Assembly (NCBI GenBank): GCA_030264375.1
Contig: JASCQW010000133.1
Span: forward strand, 14,337,676-14,401,675
Direction: 5' to 3'
Source: Carcharhinus longimanus
Lineage: Eukaryota
Length of the DNA stretch: 64,000 nucleotides
In this document: positions 1-11,850 of the stretch, piece by piece
Numbering within the stretch: position 1 is the first letter of the stretch
Layout: every line of letters begins with the position of its first letter
Made by a program: the position numbers and the translations under genes
Notes under the pieces: model-generated
What the model was told of the DNA's origin: nothing
Database searches by the model: none
Seen by the model: only the letters and a program-made list of their open reading frames with translations

Positions 1-72
1 ATCTTGTTGAATGGCGGGGCAGGCTCGAAGGGCTAGATGGCCTACTCCTGCTCCTATTTCTTATGTTCTTAT
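1..72 (+). mobile_element. 3' end of a young CR1-clade LINE with (TTCTTATG)n tail
   Basis: atggcggggcaggctcgaagggctagatggcctactcctgctcctatttcttatgttcttat; near-identical copy at 48393-48463. Confidence 0.85.
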
Positions 73-1079
73 ATTCTAAATGTTACAAAAAAAAGAAACC
101 TTTCTGGTAATTCCTTCATTTTGGGGGTTGTTCAATAAATTTGGTTCTTTTGATTTATGGACTCCCAGCAGCTTTGTGTCAATTGATCATAAAAATTCAG
201 CTGATTTGCTTCTTGGACCCTGACAAACCAGCTGCACACATTAGAATATTACTTTCACTGCGTAAGGTAGAGTACTGCTTTCCCTGCATATGGTAATGTC
301 AGAATTCCTGTTCTGCATCTGTGAGTTAATAAATCTGTGACCGCTTAAAAATATTGGAGAGAAAAATAACTTAATTCTGATGATTTTTACAATTTTATTT
401 TAAATACATTTCTCATTTTAGTCAGCTTTATTTTGCTTTGGATAGGTTTCCTGAATCCAAATTAGAGATGAAGAAGAATGAAAATGCCCATGAGGGTTCC
501 GATTCAGACAGAAACTTAAGCGGCACTTTTAACTCTAGCGGACAGTCTCAATGTAAGGAAACCTGATCCTTATTAGTGTTGCAGGTTCCAGCCACAACAC
601 AGCAGCAGTTGTTAAGCTATAATTCATGTTCCAGCTGGACAAAGATCAGAAAAGAACACTTCTATAGTAACAGATTCCTGGAATTACGGCAAATCCACCC
701 TCCAGAGGGGGAAAAAAAGAGGCTGGAACTGAAACCAGATGAAACACAACAATCGTTATGAAAAATTTTTTTTTGTTTAAAGGAAAGATTAAATAGTTCT
801 CATGAATCCTTTGCCTGTAAGGTCTAGGCTTTTTGTATTATAAACGGCACAATCCATTCACAAGCACCTTCTAGCAATAATGGCCAGAGAACAGATTTTA
901 ACAACAAAGGGCAGCCAATGTGTCGTCCCAGGTGCAGTATGCAGATGGGATCAGGAAGGGAGAAAAATCAGGAAACTGGAGTGTACCATGCTCGAATAGA
1001 CTGCTATGTGCAAATGTAAGGAGCTCGACATATCACCAGCCCATTTTATACTGCGGATTCTTTGCTTTTCTGTTGACTT

Positions 1080-1395
1080 AAGATGACTTGAAGTTAAAAA
1101 AAATCAGATTACTCCATAAAAGAAAAGTTTTGGAGTATCAGTGGTAATACACTGGTTAAGAATTAGCCACAGGCAAAAGTTGTAGTCAATGGTTATGGTT
1201 CAGTATTAGGCCTATTACTGTTCAGTTTTCATTAAAGATTTGAAGAGATATGTTGATACAAGTACTTGTTTGAGTGTTAAAGCTGTGGCAAAGTATAGTT
1301 TTCTACAGAAAGATTAGGTGCACTAGGGAACTGGGCCCAACATTAACAAATGGCATTTAACCTAAACAAATTGGGTTGGTGCATATCAGCAGGAC
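1080..1395 (+). mobile_element. Old CR1 RT remnant, 5' part (continues at 2753-2900 beyond the LTR)
   Basis: Degenerate GSVLGLLLF-type RT motif. The reading VHISRTNIEYIY is restored when 1396-2757 is removed. Confidence 0.65.
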
Positions 1396-1814
1396 TGTTA
1401 CGACCAAGTCCAGAGAGGTGAATAAATGATTATAATTTCTGCTCCTGCGGTTGGTTATAACAGTTTGAATTTTTAGAAACCAAATTTGTCAATTCATGTA
1501 CTTAAAGTTATGTAAAGAAACAGGCCAGCCAGATCTTGAGTTAACAAATAAGGAGATAGTTTAATTGTTAAAAACTCACTCAGTCAAAAGTATACATTAT
1601 TAAAAAGGTAAAAATAGGTCCCAAATCCACATACACACTAACATACAAAGCAGAACAATTTACAGGATGCGGGTGGAATTGATAAGAGTTGGGGTCTGTA
1701 AGATTTTAAAATAACATTCCTTTGGTGGTCTTGAAATTCCAGGGGTGTTGCAGCTGACATAAACTGGTTATTTTTCTGGAGACTGTCTCGTTTAAACTTT
1801 TTCCAAAGTGAATT

Positions 1815-2035
1815 TTTTGAAATTCATTTATGGGACATGGGCGTTGCTGGCTGGCCAGCGTTTATTGCCCATCCCTAGTTACCCAAGGGTAGTTGAGAGT
1901 CAACAACATTGCTGTGGCTCTGGAGCCATTTGTAGGCCAGACCAGGTAAGGACGGCAGATTTCTTTCCCTAAAGGACAATAATGAACCAAAAGGGGTTTT
2001 CCAACAATTGACAATGGTTTCATGTACATCAATAG
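1815..2035 (-). mobile_element. 3' part of a tRNA-SINE with CR1-like tail, nested in the LTR
   Basis: Homologous to 13200-13550 (same strand) and 11590-11850 (opposite strand). Confidence 0.7.
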
Positions 2036-2044
2036 ATTCTAAAT

Positions 2045-2313
2045 GCTCTCTTCCACCTTCGGGAAAATGATACAAAAGTCTGAGGTCACGTACCAACTGA
2101 TTCAAGAATAGCTTCTTCCCTGTTATCAGACTTTTGAATGGACTTACCTTGCATTATATTGATCTTTCTCTACACCCTAGCTATGACTGTAACACTACAT
2201 TCTGCACTCTCTTGTTTCCTTCTCTGTGAACAGTATGTTTTGTCTGTATTGCACGTAAGAAACAATACTTTTCACTGTATATTAATACATGTGACAATAA
2301 TAAATCAAATCAA
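2045..2313 (+). mobile_element. Rex/Babar- or L2-like LINE 3' end
   Basis: Encodes RTN*FKNSFFP..IRLLN-type ORF2 C-terminus and ends aataaatcaaatcaaa. Copies at 14526, 30450, 33802 and 51855. Confidence 0.75.
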
Positions 2314-3017
2314 AAGGACAATCCATATTAAAACTTATTAGTCCATATTCGATCTCCCCTTGTCAGATCTCTCAGAAGTGCCACCGAAACAGATAGGAGG
2401 GTCCTTAGCACCTGCCTTGCTTAAGTTTCATTAGTCCTTTTGTTCCTGGTAGTTTCTGGAGTCAGGAAGTCTGGTGACCTACTGTCCTTGTATTGTGCAG
2501 AGTGTTCAAATAATCGCTGGTGTGAAGTCCCATCAGGGGAAGTGCCTCGACATGTCCAGTGTTAATCCCCTTTCTGAAGCTTCTAGAAACTTGGGCCAAT
2601 TTGTAGATCAAGTGAGTTTTGCAGCCATTTTAAAACGGTGGCTTTGCAGTTCTAGCTATTTTTTTCCTTTTTAAAAACAATCTCAGGCATTACACCAGCC
2701 AATGGAACTAAGGATTAGTATTCCACATTGCACATGGTACATAGGTGTGACAAGGACTAATATAGAATATATTTACCATTTATAAGAAACAGTACTGAAA
2801 TTGGTGGAGAAAGAGAAAAGAATCTACCATTATTGGGCAAAAAGAAAATCGTTTAAGTTTCATGGTCAATGCAGGGAAGCCACAGCTGAAGTAAACAGTG
2901 TAGTAGACTGTCAACAGACAAACAGAGTTAACATTTCAGGTCATTAAGTCCCTTACCCTGAGGAAAATTAGAAATGTAATAAATTTTCAGCAAGTTGAAT
3001 ATGGGATGGTTTGGAAG

Positions 3018-3296
3018 GGGCAGTACAGTGGCACCGTGGTTAGCATGGTGGCACAGTGGATCGATTCCCGGCACATTCTCTTCGTATCTGTGTGGGTTTC
3101 CTTTGAGTGCTCTGGATTTCCTCCAACAGTCCAAAGGTGTGTGGATTAGGTGGATTGGCCAATCTAAATTGCTTCTTAGTATCACAGGGAATAACGAGGG
3201 TAAATGCATGGGGTTAGGGAATTGGGTCTGGTGGGACTGTGGACAGTGCAGACTCAATGGGCTGAATGTTCTAATCCTACAGTGCAGAAGGAGACC
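3018..3296 (+). mobile_element. HE1-like tRNA-derived SINE
   Basis: A-box-like ggcaccgtggttagca, B-box-like tcgattccc, central gtgtggattaggtggattggcc, HER1-type tail. Confidence 0.8.
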
Positions 3297-3483
3297 GAAG
3301 AAAATTACAGGCTCTTCAACCCTTCAAACCTGCACAATCCATACTGCCAGACTGAACTGAAAGCCCCTCCCCTTCTGCGGATCNNNNNNNNNNNNNNNNN
3401 NNNNNNNNNNNNNNNNNNNNNNNNNNNNNNNNNNNNNNNNNNNNNNNNNNNNNNNNNNNNNNNNNNNNNNNNNNNNNNNNNNN

Positions 3484-4127
3484 TATCTGCTTTCTCTACT
3501 TCCCCCGACAGCAAGTTTCAGGCACCCCACATCCTATGTGTAAAATACTTGCCTCATACATCTCCTTTAAACATTGCCCCTCGCACCTTAATCCTATGCC
3601 CCCTGGTAATTGACTCTACCGCCCTAGGAGAAAGCTTCTGACTATCCACTCTGTCTATGTTCCTCATAATCTTGTAGACTTTTATCACGTGGCCCCTCAA
3701 CCTCCGTCATTCCAGTGAGAATAAACCAAGTTTCTCCAATGTCTCTTCATAGCTAATGCCCTCCATACCAGGCAACATCCTGGTAAATCTTTTCTGTACT
3801 CTCTCCAAAACCTCCACATCCTTCTGATAGCGTGGCGACCAGAATTGAACACTATTTTCCAAATGCGACCTAACTAAGGTTCTATAAAGCTGCAACACGA
3901 CTTACCAACTTTTAAACTTAATGCCCTGGCTGATGAAGGCAAGCATGCCCTATGCCTTCTTGACTACCCTTTCCAGCTGCTTTGCAACTTTCAGTGACCT
4001 GTGCACTTATACATCCAGATGCTTCTGCCTATCAATGCTAGTAAGGGTTCTGCCATTTATTGTATATTTCCCCTCTATATGAGACCTTCCAAAATGCATT
4101 ACCTCATATTTGTCTGATTTAAACTCT
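3484..4127 (-). mobile_element. HER1/CR1 LINE ORF2 C-terminal fragment
   Basis: ORF MLQLYRTLVRSHLENSVQFWSPRYQKDVEVLERVQKRFTRMLPGMEGISYEETLEKLGLFSLE is the classic CR1 ORF2 C-terminus. Confidence 0.93.
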
Positions 4128-4324
4128 ATGATTCTGTGGACAAAAATAAAGGCTAGTGATAGGGCGGAGGACAGGTCAAGTTAAATGACAGAAATTTTCA
4201 CAGTACAAAAAGCTAAAGGGAGTAGTAAAGGATATAGTAAAAAAAAGAACGTGTCCAGATGAGGTGTGAATGGCTGCATCACAACTTTCTGAATGTGAAG
4301 GAATAAAGTAAGGACGTTAAGCTT

Positions 4325-4990
4325 CAGTTAGATGGGCCAGTGATGAGATTGCATCTGGAGTACTGTGTGCAATTTTAGTCTCCCGATTTAAGGAAGGATG
4401 CAAATGTGTTGGAGGTGGTTCAGAGCAGGTTTACCAGATTGTTATCTGAAATGACCGGGTTGTCTTATGGAGAAAAGGATGGACAGGGTGGACTTGTTTC
4501 TACTGAAGTTTAGAAGAGTAAGGAGTGACTTAACTGAAGTATATAAGTTCCTGAATGGTCTTGACAAGATATTGTGGAAAGGATGTTTCTTTCTGTGGGC
4601 GAATCCAGAATTAGGGGGGATTATTTTAACATTAGGACAGAGAAGAGGAGAATTTTTTTTCCTCTGAGGGTTGTGCAACTTTGGAGCTGTCTGTCTCAGA
4701 AGGCAGTGGAAGTGGGGGCTCTGATGAAGGGTCATACAGACTCAAAGTTTTGGCTCTATTCTTTCTCCACAGATGTTGTCAGACTTGCTGAGATTTTCCA
4801 GCATTTTCTGTTTTCATTTCAGATTCCAGCATCTGCAGCATTTTGCTTTTATGTAGATAGATTCTTGTTGGACAAGGAAATAAAAGATTAATGGGGATAG
4901 ATGGGAATGTGGAACTCAAAACACAAAAAGATCAGCAAAGAGCATACTGAATGGGCTTGAGGGACCCATTTCTGATCTTAATTCGTCTTC
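4325..4990 (+). mobile_element. CR1 LINE 3' fragment interrupted by a Penelope terminal fragment (4716-4851)
   Basis: HLEYCVQF..RKDANVLEVVQSRFTRL and LFLLKFRRVRSDLTEVYKFLNGLDK motifs. Confidence 0.85.
4716..4851 (+). mobile_element. Penelope-like terminal fragment with degenerate hammerhead motif
   Basis: ctgatgaagggtcatacagactcaaag...ctccacagatgttgtcagacttgctgag...; related copies at 21357, 47373 and 62857. Confidence 0.75.
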
Positions 4991-4994
4991 TATA

Positions 4995-5160
4995 AACAAG
5001 ACAAAAACAAAATCCGTGGGAAAAAAGGAACAAAATGAAGTCAGAGGTTATAATCTAAAATTGAACTGAATGTTGAGTCCAGAGGGCTATAGGAGTGTGC
5101 AGAGTTGAAAGATAAGATGTTGTTCCTTGAGTTTGTGTTGAGCTTCACTGGAATGGTCTA
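4995..5160 (-). mobile_element. Penelope-like fragment inverted relative to 5170-5920
   Basis: 5068-5150 is reverse-complement homologous to 5441-5520. Further probable pieces lie at about 2905-3015 and 4135-4320. Confidence 0.65.
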
Positions 5161-5169
5161 ACAACCCTA

Positions 5170-5920
5170 GTTGCATCTCCTCCCTTCTCACCATTCAAGG
5201 TCCTAAACATTCCTTCCAGGTGAAGCAGTAATTTACTTGCACATCTTTCAATTTTATAAATCATGTTCGCTGCTTATGATGTGGTCTCCTCTGCATTGGA
5301 GAGACCAAATGCAAACTGGTGACTGCTTTGCAGAACACTTCAGATTTCAGTCCATAAACATGACCCTGAGCTTCCTGTCAGCTGTCATTTTAATTAATTT
5401 GCTGCCACTCTGTCCTTTATCCTTGACCTACTGCAGTCTCCCAATGAAGCTTAACACAAGCTGTAGGAACGGCATCTCATCTTTTGTCTTGCCACTACAG
5501 CCCTTTGGACTCAACACAAAACAATTTTAAATAACATTCCATCTCTACTTTGTCTCATACTCTTTGCAAGTTTGCTTTCATTTCTTCATGTTGCATTCAG
5601 ATGGTTCCTATGCAGCATTCATAAGTCATCTGGACACAACCGCTGTTTCTTTACTGTACCTATAACTACTCTGTCTTTGTATCATGAAACATTTTGTCAA
5701 TAATCTCTCCTGTCCTCTAACCAAGAGTAGACCTTATTTTTTGTTCTTCCACACAACCACTCTGTCCCTTTAAATTCCCCACCCTATTTGCCAGAACCTA
5801 CAACATTCTAATTATCTCACATTCTGATGAAGGATTCTCCACCGATGCTGTCTGACCTGTTGCGTATTTCCAGATATTTTTGTTTTGATTTCAGATTTAC
5901 AGCATATGCAGTATTTTGTT
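5170..5920 (+). mobile_element. Penelope-like element: decayed GIY-YIG endonuclease region and 3' terminus
   Basis: Frameshifted FQVKQ*FTCTSFN..CGLLCIGETKCKLGDCFAEH; ends with the same terminal sequence as the other Penelope fragments (5824-5920). Confidence 0.8.
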
Positions 5921-6636
5921 TGTGCTTGAAATGGGATATTAGATTTATAGAACCCGTGAATATAAGATGTTCTATTCTTAGAAGTCCTTTGTTATATTGC
6001 ACCTGGAGCAATAGGTCTAGTTTTGGTCCTCTAGCGGCCTTAAAAAAAATACTGAATTAATTGGAGGGTACCTGAGATGATACGTATTGTTGTGCTGATC
6101 TGGGTTGTGTTGTTTTGGGTATCTACAAGACTGGAATGGAACCAACGCACTCCCATTAAAAACCACTCCTTCATCACAAAGCCCACAACCTGCCATGGCA
6201 ATGCTGGGCACTCTTCAACCATTTCTGCACTGGCCATGCATCTGTGCAGCATATCAGCATAAATGGGGTCATGCAGGGAACCTTGACTGCAGCTGTGGAG
6301 CACTCCAATCAATAAGTCATCACTGAAGACCGTCGCCTGACAAAATTCAGCGAGGACAGCTCCATTTAGCCGTTACGGAAGCTATGTCTGGCTTGGTGAT
6401 TACTGCGCGCGCATACACATTTAAAAAAAATCCCATCTTCAAGAACATTAATTACTCAGATAAATTGAGAGAATTGGGTCTATTTACTTCAGAACAGCAT
6501 AGACTTAGAGGTGAGCCAATGGAAGTTTATAAAACAATAAAAGAGTTTGGTTGCAAATCTATTGATAGACTAGACAGAACTATTTGAAGTACAGAGTAGA
6601 AGTATACAATTCTTCTTGGAGTGTAGCAAACCTATG

Positions 6637-6932
6637 GGGCATAGTAGTAAACACTGCTGCCTCACAGCACAGGGATCTGGGTTCAATTCTGGCCTTGGAT
6701 GATTGTATGTGGAGTTTGCATGTTCTCCATGTGTCTCGTTGGGTTTTCTCCCATAGTCCACAAATGTGCGGGTTCAGTGGATTAGCCATGCTAAATTGAT
6801 TCTTAGTGTCAGGGAGACTAGCAGGGTAAATATGGGAGTGTTATGGGGGGGCCCTGGGTGGGACTGTTGTTGATGCAGGATTGATGGGCCGAATGGATTC
6901 CTTCTGCACTGTAAAGATTCTATGATTGTATG
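6637..6932 (+). mobile_element. HE1-like SINE, near full length
   Basis: ggggcatagtagtaaacactgctgcctcacagcacagggatctgggttcaatt...ccttctgcactgtaaagattctatga. Confidence 0.85.
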
Positions 6933-7469
6933 AAATGTTAGCAGTTTTTATAAACATGGCTGATTTTGTCTCCAAACCAGCCTGAGGTAGTGAGGGAGAA
7001 TTTTTTCAGATTTTGTTTTCCTTCCAGCCTGGAGTTACTTTGCATGGCTGAAGGAGCATATAAAGAATCTAGCCATGATACCCTAGGCATCAAGAAAATG
7101 GAGAAAGCCAGATGGGCCAACTGGTCAACTTTCTGCCCATCAATTTGATAAGTTTGTAACATAAATAAATTTGAGCGTGGTCTAAAAAGGGCGTTGAGTC
7201 AGCCATAAGCTGTTTTACACAACTGAAAAACCAATTTCACCTCTTCCTCCATTTCTTTTCTATGCACCATTATCTCCTCTAATTAGAGGAGAAATATAGC
7301 TCTCAAATCTTTTGGAATGGTGGCACTGGGGGAGGGGGGGTGGTGGTAGAGAGAAAGCTACTTCTCAACATCATTCAGGCCAAAAGGGCTTAGAGGATGG
7401 AAGAATAACTGGACCAAATAAGGAAGGGGGGTGTTGGTTGGTTGGTTGGATGGGTGTGTAGAGACGAGG

Positions 7470-7570
7470 AAAGTTGGCTAATGTATGGCTCAGAGTAATG
7501 CCAATAGTGGTGTTTGATTCCTGTTCTGGCTGAGATAGACTTGGGGCCTGTTTCCTCGCCTTGCCCTATA
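7470..7570 (+). mobile_element. tRNA-derived SINE fragment (family shared with 36141)
   Basis: Shares the ggctgagatagacttggg core with 36141-36370. Confidence 0.55.
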
Positions 7571-9139
7571 GTAGAAAATGACATATAACTGTGGCTCACT
7601 GACTCTCAAATAATTGAAGATGCCATCTAGACAAAAATAATTGATTAGTTCTATCCTTTTTACCCCAGCAATAATTTCTACTTTGTGATGAATACATTGC
7701 AAGCAGATCCAAAGAAAATCAGTATTCTGTGGGAGTTTTGAAGTTAAGCACATGGTTGGTAAGTAACCATTTAGTCACTCTATTTTTGTGAGCTTGTGTA
7801 ATAGAACCCATGATACGCTCTGTAACAGTGTTCAGAGATTACAAATTCCCAATCCATCACTGCATTCCAGTTCCCTTCTAGCATGGGTCTTTGGTCTGCA
7901 ACATGACAACAACCCACACATTCTAAAGCATTTTTTTCCAAAACTACTTACCAAATCAAATCTCATTCCCCACAGGAGAATCATCATGGGAAAAAGACAA
8001 CAAGCCTTCATCACAGGGCTAGTGCTTTTACAGACACTCACATCTGCTAATGCAGAAGCAGTATCAATTTAAATACAAAGACAAACAAGAGCTTTTATTA
8101 TTCATTTGTAAGAATTTGCCAGGCAAAGTGCTCTAGAATTAATCAATCTAAAGTTCATAAAGTAATTTGACAATTAATCAATTATTCTGCAAGCTGCTAC
8201 TCAGACACAAGTATCCTTTTCTTGGCAAGCACACTATACCCCACAATCTGACACCTACTGTGGGACTGGGCTGCCAACTGCACCCACAATTTACAGCTAA
8301 AAGTCTGCTCCTCAGAAGCAAAGAAAAATCCATTAAACTTTGGCCTTGTGCCACAATTCTACAATATTTGTACTGCCATTACAATTTCCCCACTGTTTAT
8401 GGATTATCATTTTGAGCAGCTTAGCCAAAGGACTGTCTGAGGAAATCTCTAAAGCACCTGAAACAAGGACCTTTTTGGTGCCTTTAATCAACTAAATGGA
8501 ATCCAAAATCTGCCCATTGGAGCTTTTATTCCACAGAATTGCTACTGGAGCGCTCTCTGTACACATGTTCCCTCATTCTCACCACACAGACATGTTGGTT
8601 TGTATACGGTAGCGTTGAGTCTTTAATTTTAAAGCAAGTCTTTCCTTGCCAAATATATTTTGTGATCAAGAAAAAAAATCTTTTAACAGTTCTCACTGGA
8701 ATACTAAAAGCATCAACCAAATGCTATCCATTTACTTAGTGAACAAGACAAACTCTAGGGATAAACCAGACCCATCATCCATCAAGATTTCAAATTGCAG
8801 GGCTCTTTTCTCAAAAAAACAGTAAAGTACACTCAAGTATTTTTTAAAAAAACACTGCAAAGCAATCTGAATTTTCCTATCAAAAGATAATTAATGACCA
8901 GATAGCAAACAACCTCCATTTTTACTGCTGTATATAGATATAATTCGTATTCTTCACTTGTGGCAAATGACAGCCATGACACCACCGTTTTGCATTTGAC
9001 ATAAGACTGTCATACGATAGCTACAAATGTCAAGTTTCAATTTATTTGCACTCATTATTTTATGTAAACACATAGCTCCATAAATAAAGTGAACAATGTC
9101 ACTGTTTCAATTGCCAAGTATTATTTTTTTAAATGGATT

Positions 9140-9537
9140 ACAGCACTTTCCACGACATCTCAAAATACTTTACTTCAGGAAGTATACCATTAACTGTTGT
9201 AAAATAGGAAATGTGGCAGCAAAATTTGCACACAAGATCCTGGAAACGATAATGTAATGACTGGATAATTTGTTTTTAATGATGTTTATTGAGGGATAAA
9301 TATTGGTTGGACACTGGGAATCGTTCCACTATCCTTCGAAATTGTGCTATAGAATCTTTTACATCCACCTGAAAGGATAGATGGGGCCTCAGTTTAATGA
9401 TTCATATGGAAGAAGGTGCAGCAGCCCCTGCAGGACTGTATTGGAGCGTCTGCCGACACTTTCATCTCAAGTCTCCAGAGTGGGACATGGACCCACAACC
9501 TTCTGACTTGGACAAATGTGCTACACTGAGCCAAGAT
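9140..9537 (-). mobile_element. Deu-domain SINE (SacSINE1/AmnSINE-like)
   Basis: Minus-strand tggctcagtgtagcaca..gtcagaaggttgtgggt head and caggtggatgtaaaagattc central domain; homologous to 54336-54760. Confidence 0.75.
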
Positions 9538-9759
9538 TGACATTTAAGATGCAATCCAGGGGATTGCGATGCAACCAAAAGATAACTGATATTCACTGTA
9601 CTGGGCAGCAATATTCTGACCCAGAGTCCATCTGGTGCACTTGTAAATTTTTTTGGAGCATATTGCTTGCTGTATTTCTTGCTCAATGTAACAGAATTGG
9701 TGTATTTAAAAATTACAAACAGGAATTAACAAGCAAGACATTTTTATCCCCAAGGAATT

Positions 9760-10040
9760 CGGGCAAGGCAAGCATTTTTTGCCCATTCCCAATTGCCCTC
9801 GAAAAAGTGGACCTGCATTCTTGAACTCTTGTTGTTCATATAGTGAAGGTACTCCCATAGTGCTGTTGGGCAGGGAATCCAGACTTCGGACCTAGCAATT
9901 ATGCAATCTATTTCCATGTCCGGATGGCATGCGACTTTAAGGGGAATGTTCTGGTATTCCCATGTACCTTCTGTCCTTGTTGTTCCAAGTTGTAGAAGTC
10001 ACAGGTTTGGGAGTTGTTGCCGAAGAAGCGTTGGCAAGTT
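9760..10040 (-). mobile_element. CR1/L2-like LINE 3' fragment
   Basis: Reverse homology to 28300-28605 and 63700-63975. Confidence 0.6.
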
Positions 10041-11589
10041 GCTACAGTGCTGTTGCTACACTCCGAGCGCCTGTCAAACATCATAGTCTGACATTACCTG
10101 ATGCCTTCAAAACTTTCCAGTTGCCATCTCAGGCTAGGTCTGGAAGAGAGAATCCTTGGCATATTCATCAACTTCTAATTGCAGCCTCTTCCCTTTTTTT
10201 TGCTGTTAACTGGAGTGCTGTTTTCTTAGCCCACCACTCTCTTCCAAGTTTCCAACGGCAGTACTGATATTCTAATCAGCTCAAAGTGCAACTTCTCTAA
10301 TGCACTCCCAGTTGGCTTCCATCCGCTAAAAAACTAAAACACACTCAATTCATCATTTGCTTTCTCAGCAACTCCTTGCTTTTTGACCACTGACTTTCCA
10401 CACCTCAATGAATGGATTTCAATATCCTTAAACTTGCATGGAGATATCTTGTTGACTCACCTTTCACTTAACAATATTGGATACATCCTCTGTTTCTTTT
10501 AACACTAGAACTGCATCTTGCTTCCCTTTACCTCATTAATTGATTAGCTTCATTTTTGAAGCTTGGGTAGACAATTATTACACAATTTCATTTAAATCAT
10601 GGGTGCCTCCACTACAAAATAAATTTTATGGTTGTTTGACATTCATACCCATCTAAGCCCACTCTATCCGTTATGGCATTGGTTTGTATGGTTAGAAGGA
10701 AGTTACAGGAAAAATCCGAACCCCAACCAACAGTTTGCTCTTTTTACCACAATCCCCCAGCTTGGTCATGGATCTCAGACATGAGAAATTCTGTATTGGA
10801 AGCAGAGGGGTACTAAACTATNNNNNNNNNNNNNNNNNNNNNNNNNNNNNNNNNNNNNNNNNNNNNNNNNNNNNNNNNNNNNNNNNNNNNNNNNNNNNNN
10901 NNNNNNNNNNNNNNNNNNNNNCTATAAGGTAGAACTATTTAGACACTGAGCACAAACCTGTATTAGGACTTTGCTAATACACAGTATTCATGCTCACCTA
11001 TGCCCCCTGAGTACAAGGACCGCCTGAGCAATTAGAAATGTCTTAAGCAACAAATCACAAAATCCTTAGTGACAAAGCCAACATCTCATGGCATCTTCAG
11101 AAACAATTCTCATAATGAACAAAAAAAAGTTATTGCAGCAATCTGGAGAAAGCCTTAATTACTACAGTTTGAAGAAAGGGGTCCCAGGCACCACCTCACA
11201 TGAGAAAAAATTGCCCTCTTTAAAAATAATTCTTATTTTGTGTTAAAGATTTTATTGTCAAAATTTTAATTATGTCAGGTAAAAAGCAATTGTATTCAAT
11301 TTATTTAGCTGGCAAAAATGGAGGTGTTCTTTACCCACATCCCTTTGTAACAGAGAAAATACTCTTTTTTTTAGTAATAACTTATATTTATATGGTACCT
11401 TTGCATCTAACATAATGCCCCAAGGTGCTCTGTAAGAATAGTTTAAAACAAAGTAAGATATTAAGCGAGATGACCAAACGTTTGGTCAAAGTAGTAAACT
11501 TTAAGAAGTGAACATTTGTATTCAGGAAGTCAGCCAATACGAGATATTGGCACCATGACTCACAGCCCACTGATGTTTAGTGTCAAATG

Positions 11590-11850
11590 TGGAGGTGGTG
11601 TCGCAGTAGTATTGTCACTGGACTAGTAATCCAGAGACTCAGGGTAGTGCTATGGGATTGAATCCCACAGCAGATGGTGAAATATGAATTCAATAAAAAC
11701 CTAGAATTAAATGTCTGATGATGACTATGAAATCATTGCTGACTGTCATAAAATTGACATGGTTCAATAATGTCCTTGAGGGTATGAAATTTGCATTTCC
11801 TTGCCTGGTCTGACCTACGTGTGACTCCAGACTCAAATGCCCATGACCTC
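11590..11850 (+). mobile_element. tRNA-derived SINE (gtcactggactagtaatccagaga head)
   Basis: tRNA-like head with ttgaatcccac B-box. Copies at 13200-13550 (-), 37350-37525 (+) and 62020-62270 (-). Confidence 0.75.

Larger units (their letters stand above)
1396..2752. mobile_element. Solo LTR with 5-bp TSD AGGAC
   Basis: Termini TGTTAC...GTGACA, flanked by AGGAC at 1391-1395 and 2753-2757; contains nested repeat fragments. Confidence 0.8.

Noticed and set aside
10705-10725. GTTCGGATTTTT (VRIF) as the start of the next FBXW8 exon
   Set aside because: No AG acceptor and no DLR or MDDWKIVSGG continuation; that exon is probably left of the window.
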